A stretch of DNA of 63,838 bases, filler included, from 5 parts of 5 records of this genome joined end to end with filler, not necessarily neighbours in it, one strand, 5' to 3'; positions 1-10,338 are shown, counted from the whole stretch's first letter. The notes: generated by a model from the sequence alone, not told the origin. Numbers and translations: made by a program.

Positions 1-35
1 AAATCTGGTGCGTCTACCAATTTCGCCACATCCGC
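1..35 (-). tRNA. tRNA-Leu, 5' half, probably anticodon TAG; truncated by the window edge
   Basis: The reverse complement reads GCGGATGTGGCGAAATTGGTAGACGCACCAGATTT, i.e. the acceptor 5' strand, a D-arm (TGGTAGACGC) and the anticodon-stem strand CCAGA-TT-T typical of bacterial tRNA-Leu(UAG). Only the first anticodon base lies inside the window. Confidence 0.85.
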
Positions 36-40
36 ATGCA

Positions 41-53
41 GGCGCGCATTATA
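41..53 (-). promoter_or_regulatory. Sigma70 -10 box with GC-rich discriminator (stable-RNA promoter of the tRNA)
   Basis: Minus strand reads TATAAT (53-48) followed by GCGCGCC just upstream of the tRNA 5' end; no clear -35 box. Confidence 0.6.
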
Positions 54-122
54 GCCCGATTTTAACTTTGAAGCCCTTACAATGTCATTTATTGACTGCA
101 TTACCCCCAATTAGAAGGTGAC

Positions 123-968
123 ATGGCTGTATCTCTAGAAAACCCGCTTGCCTACTGCCGCGAGAAAGTAAGCGGGGAAACCGCCTCCCTGCACTACGCA
201 ACCCTGTTTCAAACCGAGGAACTGAAAGCATTTTGGCTTGGTTGCTTCACCCTGAATCACGAGTTGCGGCAGGCTTGCCTGAAGCAGCTGGAGGCTGGCT
301 TGACACAGGTCAAACTGGGTTGGTGGCAAAACGCCCTTGCCAACGCCGGGGGCAACAGCAACCCTCACCCGGTCATTACTGCGATATCAAAACCCGTGAT
401 TGCCACACTACCAGCCGAGCAGTGGGGCGAATTGATTAACCGGGTGGCCAGCGGATGCGAGCCCAAGCGTTACAACAGCATGGCAGATTGGCACAACGAC
501 GTGCTGCTGGAGACCAGACCTTGGGGCCAACTGGTTCAGGCCCGTTTTGAAAATTCAATTACAGATTGCACACAGTTGCTGGAATTCTGGACTTCAGCCA
601 TCCGCCTGTGCCAGTTGCTCAGGCTGGCGAAGTACCTGGATCAGGGGTTTCAGCCCTTGCCTGTTGAATTGCTGGCCAAACACGGGGTAACAGCAGAGCA
701 AATCAAACGCAGGGAACACAACGAGGCCAGTACAACCCTGTTCAGCGAGGTGGGTGTGCATCTGCTTGAAAAAGCCAACGCAGCCTGGAGAAACATGCCT
801 GCAGACCAGCGTCTTGTCTTAAGGCCATTGCGGGCGCTGTTCCGCATGCGTGCTGCCGAACTGAAAGTGCACCAAGCCGCTGGTTACCGTTTATTGACCG
901 AGCAAAAAATCATCACCCCGTTCAAGAAATTCAGCATTGCATGGACAACACAAGTACTGAGGCGGTAA
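123..968 (+). CDS. Squalene/phytoene synthase (HpnD-like) family protein with degenerate active site
   Basis: YCREKV..SLHYATLF, VKLGWW and PHPVITAI resemble HpnD/CrtB; both Asp-rich Mg-binding motifs are absent. Confidence 0.7.
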   Translation: MAVSLENPLAYCREKVSGETASLHYATLFQTEELKAFWLGCFTLNHELRQACLKQLEAGLTQVKLGWWQNALANAGGNSNPHPVITAISKPVIATLPAEQWGELINRVASGCEPKRYNSMADWHNDVLLETRPWGQLVQARFENSITDCTQLLEFWTSAIRLCQLLRLAKYLDQGFQPLPVELLAKHGVTAEQIKRREHNEASTTLFSEVGVHLLEKANAAWRNMPADQRLVLRPLRALFRMRAAELKVHQAAGYRLLTEQKIITPFKKFSIAWTTQVLRR

Positions 969-982
969 TTTCCGGCCCCGGG

Positions 983-3900
983 TTACAACTTGGGTTTGCG
1001 AATTCGATAAGCTGCAGCGTACAGCGCTGGCAGGAAAAACAGGGTCAACAGAGTAGCCACAATCAACCCGCCCATAATCGCCACCGCCATGGGGCCCCAA
1101 AACTGCGAACGCATCAATGGGATCATGGCCAGTACGGCAGCCGCTGCAGTCAGTAAAATTGGCCGAGAGCGCCGAATGGTCGAGCCAATGATGGCCTCAT
1201 AGGGATCTACGCCAGCCGCCCTGTCTTGCTCGATTTGGTCCACCAAAATAACCGAATTTCGAATGATCATCCCGAACAAGGCAATCACGCCCAGTTGTGC
1301 GACGAAACCAAACGGGCGTGCGGTGATGATCAAGGCCAAAGCTGCACCGATAATGCCCAACGGGCCGGTGAAGTAAACCAGCAAGGTTCGGCCAAAGCTT
1401 TTCAGTTGCAACATCAGCAAGGTAAGCACAATAAACAGCATCAAAGGCACATTGGCCATGATCGACTGCTGGGCCTTGCCAGAGTCAGCGGCAAGGCCAT
1501 CCAGATTCACCGAGACACCCAGCGGTAACTCTGCACGAAGAGGGTCGAGGTCCTTGTTCATGGCCAAAGCCACAGTAGTACCCTGAATACCGGAGACCAC
1601 ATCGGCCTTTACAGTAATTCCAAACTCACCGCCCTCACGCCAAATAACACCAGGCTCAAAGCTCATGGTGACATTGCCCACTTGGGACAAGGGAACATAG
1701 GCACCACTTGCTGTGGGTACATTGGCGTTCATCAGCTCAGCCAGGGTGTCGCGTTCGCTTTCAGGGTTGCGAAACACAATATCGATCAGGCGATTATTTT
1801 CCCGGTACTGCCCAATGGTTGCGCCTGACAAAATGACATGCGAGGACTCCGCAATACTTTGGCTGCTAACCCCCAAAGCGCGTGCGCGGGCCTGGTCTAC
1901 CTCAACCTTCATCACCTTGATGTTTTCATTCCAGTTGTCGTGCGTGCCGCGAGTGTATTCGCTGGAGGCAACCGCCTCTTTCACCTTGTCGGCCACCACT
2001 CGCACCACGCGGGGATCCGGGCCCTGCACCACAAACTGAACGGGATAAGTGACGGGCGGGCCGTTGGGCAACAAGGTAATTCGCGGGCGAATGTCGGGGA
2101 AGTTACCTTCCAGATGCGCTTTCAGTTTGCCCCGAAGTATTTCCCGGTCTTCGAATGTTTTGGGAATGACAATCAACTCGGCCAAATTGCTTTGCACAAA
2201 TTTTTGATCCAGCGACAGGTAAAAACGCGGCGCGCCATCACCCACAAAACTGGCATAGCCCTGCACTTCGGGTTGCTTGGCCAACCACTGCTCAAGCTTG
2301 ATCGCCTGTTTTTCAGTTTCCTCAAATGCGGTGCCCTCGGGCAACCACAAATTCACCATGATTTCCAGTCGATTGGAATCAGGGAAAAACTGCTGTTCAA
2401 TGAATTTGAAAGAATAGCCGCCACCGATAAAAGCCAGCACGGTGACCGATATTGTGATCCAGCGGTGGTTAACGCACACCTCAATCCAGCGACGGAATCG
2501 CTGATAAAACGGTGTGTCGAACACCTCCGTGTGGCCTTGGCCGTCTTTTGGCTTTTTAAGCAACCAATAGCCAATGTAAGGCACAAAAATAACTGCGACA
2601 AACCAAGACAACACCAAGGCAATGGCGGTCACCGCAAAAATTGAATAGGTGTATTCCCCCGCTGCCGATTGCGCCAAGGCAATGGGCAGAAAGCCCGCTG
2701 CTGTAATCAAGGTGCCTGTCAGCATGGGAATCGCTGTGGAGTCGTAAGCAAAAATAGCCGCGTCAAAACGCGAATAACCCTCTTCAAGCTTGCGAACCAT
2801 CATTTCAACCGCGATGATTGCGTCGTCCACCAACAAACCCAGGGCGATAATCAGCGCGCCCAGCGAAATTTTGTGCAGGTTAATGTTGAAAAACGACATC
2901 GCCAAAAAGGTAAGTGCCAGCACAAGAGGAATGGTCAGCGCAACGACCAAGCCCGGTCGGGTGTCAATTCGAAAAGGTTTGCTGTGCAGCCCCAAACTCA
3001 AAAAGCTGACTGCCAGCACAATCACAATCGCCTCAATCAGTACTTTCACAAACTCATTGACCGAGGTACTGACTGATTTGGGCTGATCTGCCACGCGCTG
3101 AAGCTCAATGCCTACGGGAAGTTCAGCCAGTATGCGGCGCTCAACTTTTTCCAGTTCTTGGCCAAGGCGGATGATATCGCCACCATTGACCATGGAAATC
3201 CCCAAGCCGATCACCTCTTTGCCATTGAAGCGCATTTTGGACACCGGCGGATCTTGATAGCCGCGATGAACATGGGCGATGTCTTTGAGCAGGAGTGTGT
3301 TCTTTCCCGCCCGAATCGGCAGGTTGGCAAGGTCTTCAATGGACTCAAACTGCCCCTGCACCCTTGACCACACTTTTTGCTCTTCCAGACTCAAAACACC
3401 CTGAGAAGTCACGGCATTCTGGCTGTTGATTTGATTGAAAATGTCTTGCGCAGAAATACCCAATTGCGCAATTTTGTAATGCGAGACATCGATAAACACT
3501 TTTTCAGGTTGAACGCCAAATAGCTGCACCTTGGCCACATCGGGCACTTTGAGCATTTCCTGACGTACCTGTGTCACGAAGTCCTTAAGCTCCGCGTACT
3601 TGAATCCATCTGCGGAGAATGCAAGCAACACCCCAAAAGTGTCGCCAAACTCATCGTTGAAAAATGGCCCTACCACACCACGCGGCAGTGTTCCGGCCAT
3701 GTCGCTGACCCGTTTTCGAGTGGTGTACCAGATGTCGGACACCTGCTTGGGCGGCGCGCTATCGTCCAGTTGAAGAAAAATGACGGTTTCACCAGGCTTG
3801 GAGTACGAGCGAATTTTGTAGGCGTAAGGAATTTCCTGAATCACCTTTTCGATCGGGTCGGCCACCTGTTGACCCATTTGCATTGCTGTCGCACCTGGCC

Positions 3901-4060
3901 AGTAAGCACGCACCACCATGCCTCGAAACACGAAGGGCGGGTCCTCTTCCTGACCCAAAGAGAAAAATGCAGCGACTCCGGCGAAAATGAACACGGCCAA
4001 GAGATAACGAACCAATGGCTGGTTCTCAAGCGCCCAACGCGACAGGTTGATTTTTCTCAT
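983..4060 (-). CDS. RND efflux transporter permease (AcrB/AcrD/AcrF family)
   Basis: 1025 aa; LGQEEDPPF N-terminal motif, GLLVDDAII proton-relay aspartates, RSRPILLT, about 12 TM helices. Confidence 0.95.
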   Translation of the reverse strand: MRKINLSRWALENQPLVRYLLAVFIFAGVAAFFSLGQEEDPPFVFRGMVVRAYWPGATAMQMGQQVADPIEKVIQEIPYAYKIRSYSKPGETVIFLQLDDSAPPKQVSDIWYTTRKRVSDMAGTLPRGVVGPFFNDEFGDTFGVLLAFSADGFKYAELKDFVTQVRQEMLKVPDVAKVQLFGVQPEKVFIDVSHYKIAQLGISAQDIFNQINSQNAVTSQGVLSLEEQKVWSRVQGQFESIEDLANLPIRAGKNTLLLKDIAHVHRGYQDPPVSKMRFNGKEVIGLGISMVNGGDIIRLGQELEKVERRILAELPVGIELQRVADQPKSVSTSVNEFVKVLIEAIVIVLAVSFLSLGLHSKPFRIDTRPGLVVALTIPLVLALTFLAMSFFNINLHKISLGALIIALGLLVDDAIIAVEMMVRKLEEGYSRFDAAIFAYDSTAIPMLTGTLITAAGFLPIALAQSAAGEYTYSIFAVTAIALVLSWFVAVIFVPYIGYWLLKKPKDGQGHTEVFDTPFYQRFRRWIEVCVNHRWITISVTVLAFIGGGYSFKFIEQQFFPDSNRLEIMVNLWLPEGTAFEETEKQAIKLEQWLAKQPEVQGYASFVGDGAPRFYLSLDQKFVQSNLAELIVIPKTFEDREILRGKLKAHLEGNFPDIRPRITLLPNGPPVTYPVQFVVQGPDPRVVRVVADKVKEAVASSEYTRGTHDNWNENIKVMKVEVDQARARALGVSSQSIAESSHVILSGATIGQYRENNRLIDIVFRNPESERDTLAELMNANVPTASGAYVPLSQVGNVTMSFEPGVIWREGGEFGITVKADVVSGIQGTTVALAMNKDLDPLRAELPLGVSVNLDGLAADSGKAQQSIMANVPLMLFIVLTLLMLQLKSFGRTLLVYFTGPLGIIGAALALIITARPFGFVAQLGVIALFGMIIRNSVILVDQIEQDRAAGVDPYEAIIGSTIRRSRPILLTAAAAVLAMIPLMRSQFWGPMAVAIMGGLIVATLLTLFFLPALYAAAYRIRKPKL

Positions 4061-5157
4061 TTTGAAAGGTCGCTTGTTTCGATGAAGCGACGAACCTTTT
4101 GGCCTTCGTTCAGAACATGGGTGCCGGCGGTAACAATCAACTCACCATTGCTTAGGCCGTCTTTGACCAGAAAGTCACTTTCAGAGACATCATGGGGTTG
4201 AACGACCCGTTTGTTGACCACACCCTGTTTTTCATCGAATACCCACACGAAAGCACCAGTGTGCTCAGCCACCAGGGCTGAAATTGGAAGCTTGAATGCG
4301 GTCGACTTGACGGCAGTTGAAAACTGCACTGTCGCGCTCATTCCAAAACGCGAAATTCCGGCTGGATCGTTGACATCCAGTAACACCGCAAACGTGCGTG
4401 TCACCGGATCTGCCACCGGGGAAACTTCCCGCACTTTTGCATCCAAAGACTGTTGACCAGACCAAAGCAAGACGCGCGCATCCTGACCAGGCTTGATCTG
4501 ACTGACCCGGCTCTCGGGCACAGCCATGCTGACCTGGACATCATTCTCATCAGCCCACTGGACCACAGCCTGGCCGGGCGCCAACACCTGCCCTACTTCG
4601 GCATACACACTGGAAATGACACCACTGCCCGGAGCACGCAGATCGCCATATTCCCGCTGATTGGCCTGCGCACTCAACTGGGCGCGAGCCTGACTCAAGC
4701 GACTGCCCGCAGCATCGAAGGCCAGTTGTCGACGATCAAGCTCGGCCTGACTGATAAAATTTTGTTGTTTCAGGGTCTTGGCTCGGTCCAGATCAGTTTT
4801 CAACTGAGCATGCTCTGTGGCTGCGGCATCGAATTGCGCCTGAGCTGCCTGCAAGGCAAGACTCAAATCCTGAGGATCAATTTTGGCCAGTACCTGACCT
4901 TTGGAAACCTTGTCTCCAACGTCCACCAGGCGCGACGCCAATTTCCCACCCACTTGAAAGCTGAGTTTTGCCTGAAAACGAGGTTCGATTTGACCGGGAA
5001 AACTTTCTTCAAAAGTGCTGCCTCCAGCCTGAAGTTCCAACACCCGAACAGGTCTAATCACCTCAGTGGTGTCTATTTCAGGTCGGGAACAGGCTGCCAG
5101 CATAAGCGAGCCCACGGTGGCCCACACAACAGGCAGGAATAAACGGCTTTTGGACAT
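4057..5157 (-). CDS. RND efflux periplasmic adaptor (MFP) lipoprotein
   Basis: Lipobox LAAC, lipoyl-like VGDKVSKGQVLA, ADPVTRTF; overlaps the permease start by 4 bp. Confidence 0.93.
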   Translation of the reverse strand: MSKSRLFLPVVWATVGSLMLAACSRPEIDTTEVIRPVRVLELQAGGSTFEESFPGQIEPRFQAKLSFQVGGKLASRLVDVGDKVSKGQVLAKIDPQDLSLALQAAQAQFDAAATEHAQLKTDLDRAKTLKQQNFISQAELDRRQLAFDAAGSRLSQARAQLSAQANQREYGDLRAPGSGVISSVYAEVGQVLAPGQAVVQWADENDVQVSMAVPESRVSQIKPGQDARVLLWSGQQSLDAKVREVSPVADPVTRTFAVLLDVNDPAGISRFGMSATVQFSTAVKSTAFKLPISALVAEHTGAFVWVFDEKQGVVNKRVVQPHDVSESDFLVKDGLSNGELIVTAGTHVLNEGQKVRRFIETSDLSK

Positions 5158-5231
5158 GGATCGCTCAATAGAGTGAATTTATAGTTATCTGCGCAATTGT
5201 CGTATCAATCACAGGTCAAGTCAAAATTGAG

Positions 5232-6614
5232 TCAAAAGCAATCCAGCTTGTCTCTCAGCGCGGCAAGCGCCTTCTCCACGCGATCCACGCCAATCACTTC
5301 AATTCCGTCTATGGGCTGCTTGGGTGCGTTGCTCGCAGGCACAATCGCATGGGTAAAGCCGAGTTTGGCAGCTTCGCGCAGCCTTTCCTGCCCACGCGGC
5401 GCCGGGCGCAATTCACCAGACAAGCCGATTTCGCCAAACACCACCAACTCTTTGGGCAAACGTTTGTTTCTCAGCGACGAGACCATCGCCAGAACAATTG
5501 CAAGATCGGCAGCAGGTTCTGAAATTCGCACACCGCCCACTGCATTGATAAAAATATCCTGATCAAAAAACTGCAGACCCGCGTGGCGATGCATCACCGC
5601 CAACAACATGGCCAAGCGGTTTTGTTCAAGCCCAACCGATAACCTGCGCGGTGATGGTGAATGTGAGGAATCCACCAAGGCCTGAATTTCAACCAGCAAT
5701 GGCCTGGCGCCTTCTTGCGTGCACATTACACAGGAACCGGCCACCCATTCAGCGGTCTGCGACAAAAACAGGGCTGAGGGGTTGTTAACGCCTTTCAAAC
5801 CACGGTCAGTCATGGCAAACACACCCAGCTCATTCACTGCACCAAACCGGTTTTTAAATGCGCGCACCAAACGGAATGAAGATTGTGAATCCCCTTCGAA
5901 ATAAAGGACCGTGTCGACAATGTGTTCAAGCACACGCGGCCCGGCCAGTGTGCCCTCTTTGGTGACATGGCCCACCAAAATGGTGGTAATCCCCATGGCC
6001 TTTGCAAGCCGTGTCAGCTGGCTTGCACATTCGCGTACCTGGCTGACCGATCCCGGCGCAGCGCTCAACTCGCTGGTGTACAGGGTTTGAATGGAGTCAA
6101 TCACCAACACTTGAGGTTTGTGCGTTTCAAGCTGGGCAACAATTTGCTCCAGCTGAATTTCTGTCAGTACATTCAGGTTGGTGTGTTCCAGCCCAAGCCG
6201 TTGGGCGCGCAGGGCAATCTGCCCGGCAGATTCTTCACCGCTAACATACAAAGCCGATGTGGTTTTGGCCAGCGTCACCATGGACTGCAAGAGCAAGGTG
6301 GATTTACCAATGCCAGGATCGCCGCCGAGCAATACCACCATACCCGGGACCATGCCGCCGCCCAGCACACGATCAAATTCGGGTACACCACTGCTGAAAC
6401 GCGGGTGGTCTTGCGCCTGAATTTCGGAAAGCCTGATTACACTGCTGCTTTGCGCAGCCAGCGCTGCGAAGCGGCTGTGTTTGGGAGGCGCAGCGTTGCT
6501 GACAACCGACTCCACCAAAGTATTCCAACTGCTGCAATCCGTGCACTGACCCTGCCATTTGGCAAACACCGCACCGCATTCAGTGCATTGATATTGACTT
6601 TTACTTTTAACCAA
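5232..6614 (-). CDS. radA: DNA repair protein RadA/Sms
   Basis: C4 zinc finger CTECG..CTDC, Walker A GGDPGIGKST, KNRFG motif; TTG start. Confidence 0.97.
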   Translation of the reverse strand: MVKSKSQYQCTECGAVFAKWQGQCTDCSSWNTLVESVVSNAAPPKHSRFAALAAQSSSVIRLSEIQAQDHPRFSSGVPEFDRVLGGGMVPGMVVLLGGDPGIGKSTLLLQSMVTLAKTTSALYVSGEESAGQIALRAQRLGLEHTNLNVLTEIQLEQIVAQLETHKPQVLVIDSIQTLYTSELSAAPGSVSQVRECASQLTRLAKAMGITTILVGHVTKEGTLAGPRVLEHIVDTVLYFEGDSQSSFRLVRAFKNRFGAVNELGVFAMTDRGLKGVNNPSALFLSQTAEWVAGSCVMCTQEGARPLLVEIQALVDSSHSPSPRRLSVGLEQNRLAMLLAVMHRHAGLQFFDQDIFINAVGGVRISEPAADLAIVLAMVSSLRNKRLPKELVVFGEIGLSGELRPAPRGQERLREAAKLGFTHAIVPASNAPKQPIDGIEVIGVDRVEKALAALRDKLDCF

Positions 6615-6635
6615 AACAGCATGTCCCTTCAGCGA

Positions 6636-7733
6636 CTAGGCTTCTAAAAATGGCACGCGAGGGGCAATCGCGCACAACAATTCATAGCCAATGGTGCCAC
6701 AGCGGTCGGCCACAACATCAACAGGAATGTGTTCGCCCCACAACTCAACCACACTGCCGACCTCAGCATTCGGAATGTGACTGACATCGATGGTCATCAT
6801 GTCCATCGATACTCGGCCGGCGACCGGTGCCACATGTCCTTCTACGTAAGTGGGAGTTCCATCCGGCGCATGACGGGGGTAGCCATCTGCATAACCGCAG
6901 GCCACCACAGCGATTCGGCCACTGTCACGAGCCTCCCACCGAGAACCGTAACCAACCCGGTCGCCTTTCCTCACGTTTTGGATCGAAATGATCTCGCTGC
7001 TGAAAGTCATCGCCGGCTTCAATCCATAATTGGCGGCCGCGTTGGGGCCAGGGGTAGCTCCATAGATCGCAATGCCCGGGCGGGCAATATCACCTGCGAG
7101 CATCGGAAAATTCAAACTACCCGCAGAATTGGCCAAACTGCTTTGCCAATGCGCGGGCTTTAAGCCCAGCAAGGTTTGATGCTGGTGCTGGACGAAAGGC
7201 AAGCGACTCCTGGGTTCAGCTTCGTCTGCATTGGCAAAGTGCGTCATCAAAACTGGTGTGGGCCAATCGTGTTTCAGGGTGAATTCATCGAGCCATTGAA
7301 TGGCAGATTTGGCGTCAACTGGCTGAAAACCCAAGCGATTCATGCCGGTGTTCAACTTCAAGAAAATTCGAGGCTTGTGGGTCGGCATGTGACGCGCAAC
7401 AACCTCCAGATCATCCAACTGGTTCTGATTGTGAACAACCCAGTCACAACCCAGTTTCTCAGCCTTGGCCAAATCGGCCTGATCAAAACAGCCTTCGAGC
7501 AACACAATTGGCTTATTCCAGCCCAAATTGCGCAATCGCGCTGCACCATCTATTTCCAAAATGGCCAAAGCGTCGGCTTGTTTCAAACCATCAATGATTC
7601 TCTCCAAGCCATGTCCATAGCCATTGGCTTTAACCACAGGCATCAACTTCACAGGGCCCAATAATTCCTTGATTCTTTTGATGTTGGCGGAGATGGCTGC
7701 AGGATTGACTGCTGCACGTATGGGTCGAGGCAT
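6636..7733 (-). CDS. alr: Alanine racemase
   Basis: PLP lysine motif VVKANGYGHG, NTGMNRLG, GYADGYPR, GRVSMDM, GTIGYELL. Confidence 0.96.
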   Translation of the reverse strand: MPRPIRAAVNPAAISANIKRIKELLGPVKLMPVVKANGYGHGLERIIDGLKQADALAILEIDGAARLRNLGWNKPIVLLEGCFDQADLAKAEKLGCDWVVHNQNQLDDLEVVARHMPTHKPRIFLKLNTGMNRLGFQPVDAKSAIQWLDEFTLKHDWPTPVLMTHFANADEAEPRSRLPFVQHQHQTLLGLKPAHWQSSLANSAGSLNFPMLAGDIARPGIAIYGATPGPNAAANYGLKPAMTFSSEIISIQNVRKGDRVGYGSRWEARDSGRIAVVACGYADGYPRHAPDGTPTYVEGHVAPVAGRVSMDMMTIDVSHIPNAEVGSVVELWGEHIPVDVVADRCGTIGYELLCAIAPRVPFLEA

Positions 7734-7892
7734 GGGCGGGAAACAGGTGATTTAAGGGTTGGCTTGAACTTCGTAAAAAAGGCATTGCTTAATACGCGAA
7801 GCGTCTGGATATGATATAACGCCTCAACACCGTTGAACGAGCAGCGAAACGGCGAAATCGCACTAAATGGATTTCGCTCAATTCACAGTTGA

Positions 7893-9170
7893 ATGAAACC
7901 CGGCTTTTACACCATCATGGCGGCGCAGTTTTTCTCGTCGCTCGCAGACAACGCACTTTTGATTGCGGCGATCGCATTGCTGTTTCAAATTCAGTCGCCT
8001 GACTGGATGACGCCGTTATTGAAACTCTTCTTTGTGGTGTCCTATGTGCTTTTGGCACCCTTTGTGGGCGGTTTTGCTGACACGTTGCCGAAAGGCAGAG
8101 TCATGCTGATCACCAACTCGATCAAAATCGTTGGGTGCCTGATGATGTTTTTTGGTGTGCACCCCCTGATCTCCTATGCGGTGGTTGGATTGGGTGCCGC
8201 AGCCTACTCACCCGCCAAGTACGGCATCCTGACTGAATTGCTACCTCACGACAGGCTTGTAGAAGCCAATGGCTGGATTGAAGGACTCACCGTGCTGTCG
8301 ATTATTCTAGGCACCGTGCTTGGCGGCATATTGATTGCGCCGGGTACTAGCCAATATCTGATGCAACTGCATATTCCGGGTGTCACGGACAATATGGATA
8401 CGCCAGCCGAGGCTGCCATTTTTGTGATCACTGCGGGTTATCTGATCGCAGCCATTTTCAATTTCAAGATCCCTGACACTGGAGCGCGTTACGAACCCCA
8501 GTTAAATCATCCAATCATCATGACTCGCAAGTTCTACGGCTGTGTGAAACAGTTGTGGAACGACAAGTTGGGCCAGATTTCACTGGCAGTGACTACTTTG
8601 TTTTGGGGCGCTGGAGCCACGCTTCAGTTTATCGTGCTGAAATGGGCTGAAAGTGCCTTGGGCCTGCCCTTGGACAAAGGCGCAATTCTGCAAGGGGTGT
8701 GTGCATTTGGCGTAGCCGCTGGTGCTGTCGCCGCGGCCAAGATGATTCCCCTGAAAAAATCGATGTTGGTGCTGCCTATGGGTATCCTGATGGGCATCGT
8801 GTGCATGACCATGGTGTTGGTGAACAATCAAGGCATGGCCTACCTGCTGATTACGGTGATCGGCGCGCTCAGCGGATTTTTCGTAGTACCCATGAATGCT
8901 CTGCTGCAACACCGTGGCCATGTACTGATGAGCGCAGGCCGGTCAATTGCCATTCAAAACTTCAATGAGAACATTTCAGTGTTGACCATGCTTGGCATTT
9001 ACGCCATGTTGATCAGCTTCGACGTTCACGTGAACAATGTGATCTTGATGTTCGGTGGTTTTGTAATGGCCACCATGCTGATGGTAATTCTGTGGCACCG
9101 CCGCAACCAGCGCCTGTACAACGTGGAAGCCCGAATAGGAGAAGACCGCCCTGTGGGCGTACCTCTGTGA
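7893..9170 (+). CDS. lplT: Lysophospholipid transporter LplT (MFS)
   Basis: AQFFSSLADNALL, YSPAKYGILTELLP, VPMNALLQHRG, AIQNFNEN; divergent from alr. Confidence 0.92.
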   Translation: MKPGFYTIMAAQFFSSLADNALLIAAIALLFQIQSPDWMTPLLKLFFVVSYVLLAPFVGGFADTLPKGRVMLITNSIKIVGCLMMFFGVHPLISYAVVGLGAAAYSPAKYGILTELLPHDRLVEANGWIEGLTVLSIILGTVLGGILIAPGTSQYLMQLHIPGVTDNMDTPAEAAIFVITAGYLIAAIFNFKIPDTGARYEPQLNHPIIMTRKFYGCVKQLWNDKLGQISLAVTTLFWGAGATLQFIVLKWAESALGLPLDKGAILQGVCAFGVAAGAVAAAKMIPLKKSMLVLPMGILMGIVCMTMVLVNNQGMAYLLITVIGALSGFFVVPMNALLQHRGHVLMSAGRSIAIQNFNENISVLTMLGIYAMLISFDVHVNNVILMFGGFVMATMLMVILWHRRNQRLYNVEARIGEDRPVGVPL

Positions 9171-9178
9171 CAGATGGC

Positions 9179-9889
9179 TTAAATCAAACCTTGCTGTTTC
9201 AGCAACAACAAATCGTCCCACGCTTTTGATTTTTCCTCAGGTCTGCGCAATAAATACGCGGGGTGGTAGGTCACTACGGCGGGAATATCAAGACCATCCA
9301 GGCTCACTAGGTGAACCACGCCCCGCAAGTCGCCCACTGGCTTTTTTGTATTCAGAAGAGTTTGAATTGCAAAGCGCCCAACCAGCAACAACACTTTGGG
9401 TCCACTTGCCTTGATTTGCTGAACCAGATAGGGCGAACATTGTTCAATTTCTGCCTGCTCAGGATTGCGGTTGCCCGGCGGGTGACACTTCACCACATTG
9501 GCAATGTAGGTGTTGGTTGTACGGCTTGCGCCAATCGCTTTCAGCATGCGGTCCAACAACTGCCCTGACTTGCCCACAAATGGCAGACCGGTCGCATCCT
9601 CCTCCACGCCTGGCCCCTCCCCCACCACCATCAAGGGGGCATGGGGTACGCCATCGGCAAACACGGTTTGCTTGCGGGTTTCGCACAAACCGCATTGTTT
9701 GCACGTAGCTACACTTTCCCGCAGCGATTCAAGCGAAGGTGCTGCTGTCGACATTTCGTCAAACGCCACGCCACTTGCCATCGCGGATGGCTTTGACTCG
9801 CTTTCCTGTTTCCGCAATTCCCACACTGGGCCGATACCCATGGCATTGAACAGATCAGCTTTGCTTCGAGTGCTTGTCATTCCGGTCAA
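9179..9889 (-). CDS. Uracil-DNA glycosylase family 4 (4Fe-4S)
   Basis: CKQCGLC, VGEGPG, PFVGKSG, NVVKCHPPGNRNP, TYHPAYLLR; exact start uncertain. Confidence 0.92.
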   Translation of the reverse strand: MTGMTSTRSKADLFNAMGIGPVWELRKQESESKPSAMASGVAFDEMSTAAPSLESLRESVATCKQCGLCETRKQTVFADGVPHAPLMVVGEGPGVEEDATGLPFVGKSGQLLDRMLKAIGASRTTNTYIANVVKCHPPGNRNPEQAEIEQCSPYLVQQIKASGPKVLLLVGRFAIQTLLNTKKPVGDLRGVVHLVSLDGLDIPAVVTYHPAYLLRRPEEKSKAWDDLLLLKQQGLI

Positions 9890-10338
9890 CCTGTAAATCG
9901 TTTGAACATCACCAAGGCGTCTTCGCGGCCCAGTTGAGACGGGTAGTAATTCTTGCGGGCCCCAATCAGTTTGAACCCCTCTTTCTCATACAGGTTTTTT
10001 GCAGTCACATTGCTGGGTCTGACCTCTAGCAACATGCCGGTTGCATTGGCCAGTTTGGCCTGGCCAATGCCCCATTGCAACAAGTGCTTGCCGTGCCCCA
10101 TGCCTTGCAAATCGGCACGAATAGAGATGTTCAGCAAGTGGTATTCATCCACCACGTGCATCATCACGATGTATCCTGCAAGTTGCTCATCCAACCACAT
10201 GCAGTGCATGTGATAACCCGCCCGCAAAGAGTCCAGAAAATTCCGGTCTGTCCAGGGAAACTCGTAAATCTGGTTCTCAACCAGAATTACAGCAGGCACA
10301 TCGGCCTCTGTCATGGGTCGAATACTAAATAACGCCAT
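9886..10338 (-). CDS. rimI: Ribosomal protein S18-alanine N-acetyltransferase
   Basis: HLLNISI..QGMGHG, LEVRPSN, RKNYY..GREDALVM; directly downstream of tsaB. Confidence 0.93.
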   Translation of the reverse strand: MALFSIRPMTEADVPAVILVENQIYEFPWTDRNFLDSLRAGYHMHCMWLDEQLAGYIVMMHVVDEYHLLNISIRADLQGMGHGKHLLQWGIGQAKLANATGMLLEVRPSNVTAKNLYEKEGFKLIGARKNYYPSQLGREDALVMFKRFTG

